A stretch of 52,259 bases of DNA, the filler included, from Jimgerdemannia flammicorona (taxonomy: Eukaryota), in the NCBI GenBank assembly GCA_003990765.1. It is 2 parts of 2 records of this genome, joined end to end, with 100 filler letters (N's around TTAATTAATTAA, not from the genome) between each part and the next. Parts side by side here need not be neighbours in the genome. Positions count along the whole stretch, not along the records: positions 26,181 to 52,259 come from RBNJ01000765.1; 1 more part is not named here. One strand, given 5' to 3'. Shown piece by piece: positions 50,301-52,259 of this stretch. Under the pieces are notes generated by a model that did not search any database, had not been told where the DNA came from, and was given only the letters and a program-made list of their open reading frames with translations. The translations under genes were made by a program, and so were the position numbers. How positions within the stretch are numbered: position 1 is the stretch's first letter; each line of letters begins with the position of its first letter.

Positions 50301-51765
50301 TGACTTTTCCTCCTTTTATACTGCTATTCATTTTGATGAGATCAATGATTGCCTTTGTTTCTTAGGTTCCTTGGTTTTTCCTTTAGATTCCCCAGTTTCG
50401 TTGGCTTCCATTATTGAGCTTACACTCCTCATCTGCAGCTCTAATTATTTTGAGTTGGCCCTTGGCTCTTTTCACCAGACTTCTGGTATTACCATGGGAA
50501 CAAATTGTGCCCCCACCCTTACCAACCTTGTTGGCCTGGCCCATGAACTGCGTACATTACATGATATTACTTCACCTCTTTCCATTGCATTCTGGGCTGG
50601 GGATATCTTCTTCTGCCATTATATTGATGACTTTATTGTCTTTGCTGTTGCTGGTATTGATATCCCTAGTGTGTTTCTGGGCATCTACCCTCTCCACCAT
50701 TCTATTATCTGGGTGTGTGGTATGACTAGTATTTCCTTTTTGGACCTTTCCATTTCTCTTTCTCCTTTCTGAACTATTGTTTATTCTCATTTTCTCTGTT
50801 TCCAACAGTTCCCTGACTTCTTGTCCAATCATCCTCATCGCACTCTTCTTGAATATATTTGGAGTGAGGCTCGTCATCTTGCATTATGCTGCTCCCATCA
50901 TTCTGATTGGGTGTCTGCTGTTTGGGTTCTTGGCAACTTCATGGTCTATCATCATGCCTACCCTATTTCTATTGTTCACTCTTCCCTACTCTCTCCTCTT
51001 TATTCCCCCTCTCTTCTCTCTCTCCCCCCTTACCCTCTCCATACCCCCTCTTCTTTCCCACCCCTGATTCTTGTCATACTATTCAATCGTGCTCACTGGG
51101 TTGCTCAACACCCTGATACTGTCCTGCACTCTTCTCTTTCATGGCATGGACTTTCATCTCTTTCCTGATGCCCTCTGATTGCTCGTTCGCATCTTCCTTC
51201 TATTTCTTCTTCAATCCATTGCTCTCATTTTGCATTTTCATCACCTTCTGGTGCCTCCAGCTCTGCCAGAGAGGATTAAAAAACATCCTTGCCCCCTCCG
51301 GGGTCTCGCGCTCACTCCGGGGTCTTGGCCTTACTCCACTCCCCTCTGCTGCCTTTGGCCCCTCACTGTGGCTTGCTCCATTTTGGCCTCACTCCTTGCT
51401 CATGCTCACCCCTCCAGGGTCTGCAGATGTTTTTTAATCTAGATTTGGATTTGTTTTTGTTTGTGTTTGTTTGTGATTTTTATCCTGCAACTGGGATTGG
51501 CTCCCCCTTTATCTCTGCCTATCTCCGGCAGTCATGTAGTTCCTAATTCGGTTCGCCCTGAGTTGTGGTGTATCCCCCCCCTTTTGGGACATCATATTTT
51601 GTATATAAGGACCGCGTTTTTACATGGCAATAAACAGCTGATGCATTTTTGGTTATGTTCTTTGTTTGTCCCCCTTATACACACTCTTCCACATGTCTTC
51701 TATTCACTTTGACACTAGCTCTGGGTTTGCTCCCTTGGCTCCTGCTGGGTCTTCTTCCTCCTCTG
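47320..51765 (+). mobile_element. Second PLE insertion: inverted pLTR arm 47320-47644, cassette 47645-47825, ORF1 (48079-49300), RT (49261-51279), 3' pLTR to 51765
   Basis: Same family as 36441-44581. ORF 49933-50772 contains PKVHKP, GITMG and HYIDD. The termini are inverted repeats of about 330 bp. Confidence 0.9.
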
Positions 51766-52259
51766 GCCTGCCCAGGCATGGAAGGGTTTTGGTGGAGCTT
51801 GGAAGATTACTAGGGCCCAGAGAGGTAGAGGGCAGAAGATCCAGTCAGTCTGGTGGTCAAGTGTCAGCTGGTGGGGGAGATTGGTGATATTTGGGGTGGC
51901 CTAGGCTGAGTTTTGGGGGTCTGGGTCCTGATGGCAGTACATTGGCAGTGGATTTTTGGACAGGACCCATGGATGGGAATTGGGGAGATAGTGGAGCAGT
52001 GGAGGTAGGTGATACAGGGGTGGTGGTACCAGGGGAAGCAACTTCAACCAGGGGCCTTAAATAAGATACAGAACATTGTATAGTAGAGTTGAGGGTACTT
52101 GGTGTTAGATAATTATGGGGTAAGATAGAAGGAAGGAGTTGGCTGAAGAACTCTACTACATATATTATATGATATTATGTAATGTTCATAGTGGTTGTGG
52201 TTAGTTGTTATTGTATTAGATAGTTCGTAATAATGGAGTCTAAGTGACTATAAAAAAAA

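Larger units (their letters stand above)
34650..52259 (+). mobile_element. One L1/Tx1-like LINE ORF2 + 3' end split into four pieces: 34650-34848, 36200-36440, 44582-47320, 51766-52259
   Basis: The pieces are collinear: MNSLHILSININGL..VFLQ | ..DFNMV | ..GTQID*VLV..WSDHW, RT (FLDQEKTYD, QGDPLS, AFADD) ..VQTP | ACPGMEGFW..poly(A) at the window end. Confidence 0.85.

Noticed and set aside
36441..51765. Telomere association of the EN-less PLE
   Set aside because: No TTAGGG-like repeats at any junction. Both insertions are internal to a LINE.

Overview
Eukaryotic, intron-rich fungal DNA. A Mucoromycota-like lineage is my inference from the long XMAP215-type Stu2, the intron density and the TE load. 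An artificial linker (N-TTAATTAATTAA-N, 26081-26180) joins two contigs, so the halves may not be neighbours. Left contig: a C>T/G>A-hypermutated TE nest (1-11.6 kb: chromoviral Ty3/Gypsy, palindromic MITE, dUTPase-bearing Gypsy, L1/Tx1-like LINE, Copia end). It is followed by two divergently transcribed host genes, a 29-exon STU2/XMAP215 (minus, about 2089 aa) and an 8-exon FBP1 (plus, about 340 aa). Right contig: all TEs, namely a minus-strand LINE, a second dUTPase Gypsy, and one plus-strand LINE (34650-52259) split by three nested insertions. The first is a poly(A)-tailed 9-bp-repeat retroposon with a 16-bp target-site duplication (TSD). The other two are insertions of an endonuclease-less Penelope-like retroelement (PLE). 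The PLE is the most interesting system here. It is non-telomeric and has ORF1 linked to RT by a probable -1 frameshift. All four insertion ends fall at the same pyrimidine-rich 3' terminus, with no TSD. Both insertions invert around a 181-bp cassette bounded by a 15-bp inverted repeat, giving an 8.1-kb palindrome in one case. This suggests cDNA fold-back self-priming.
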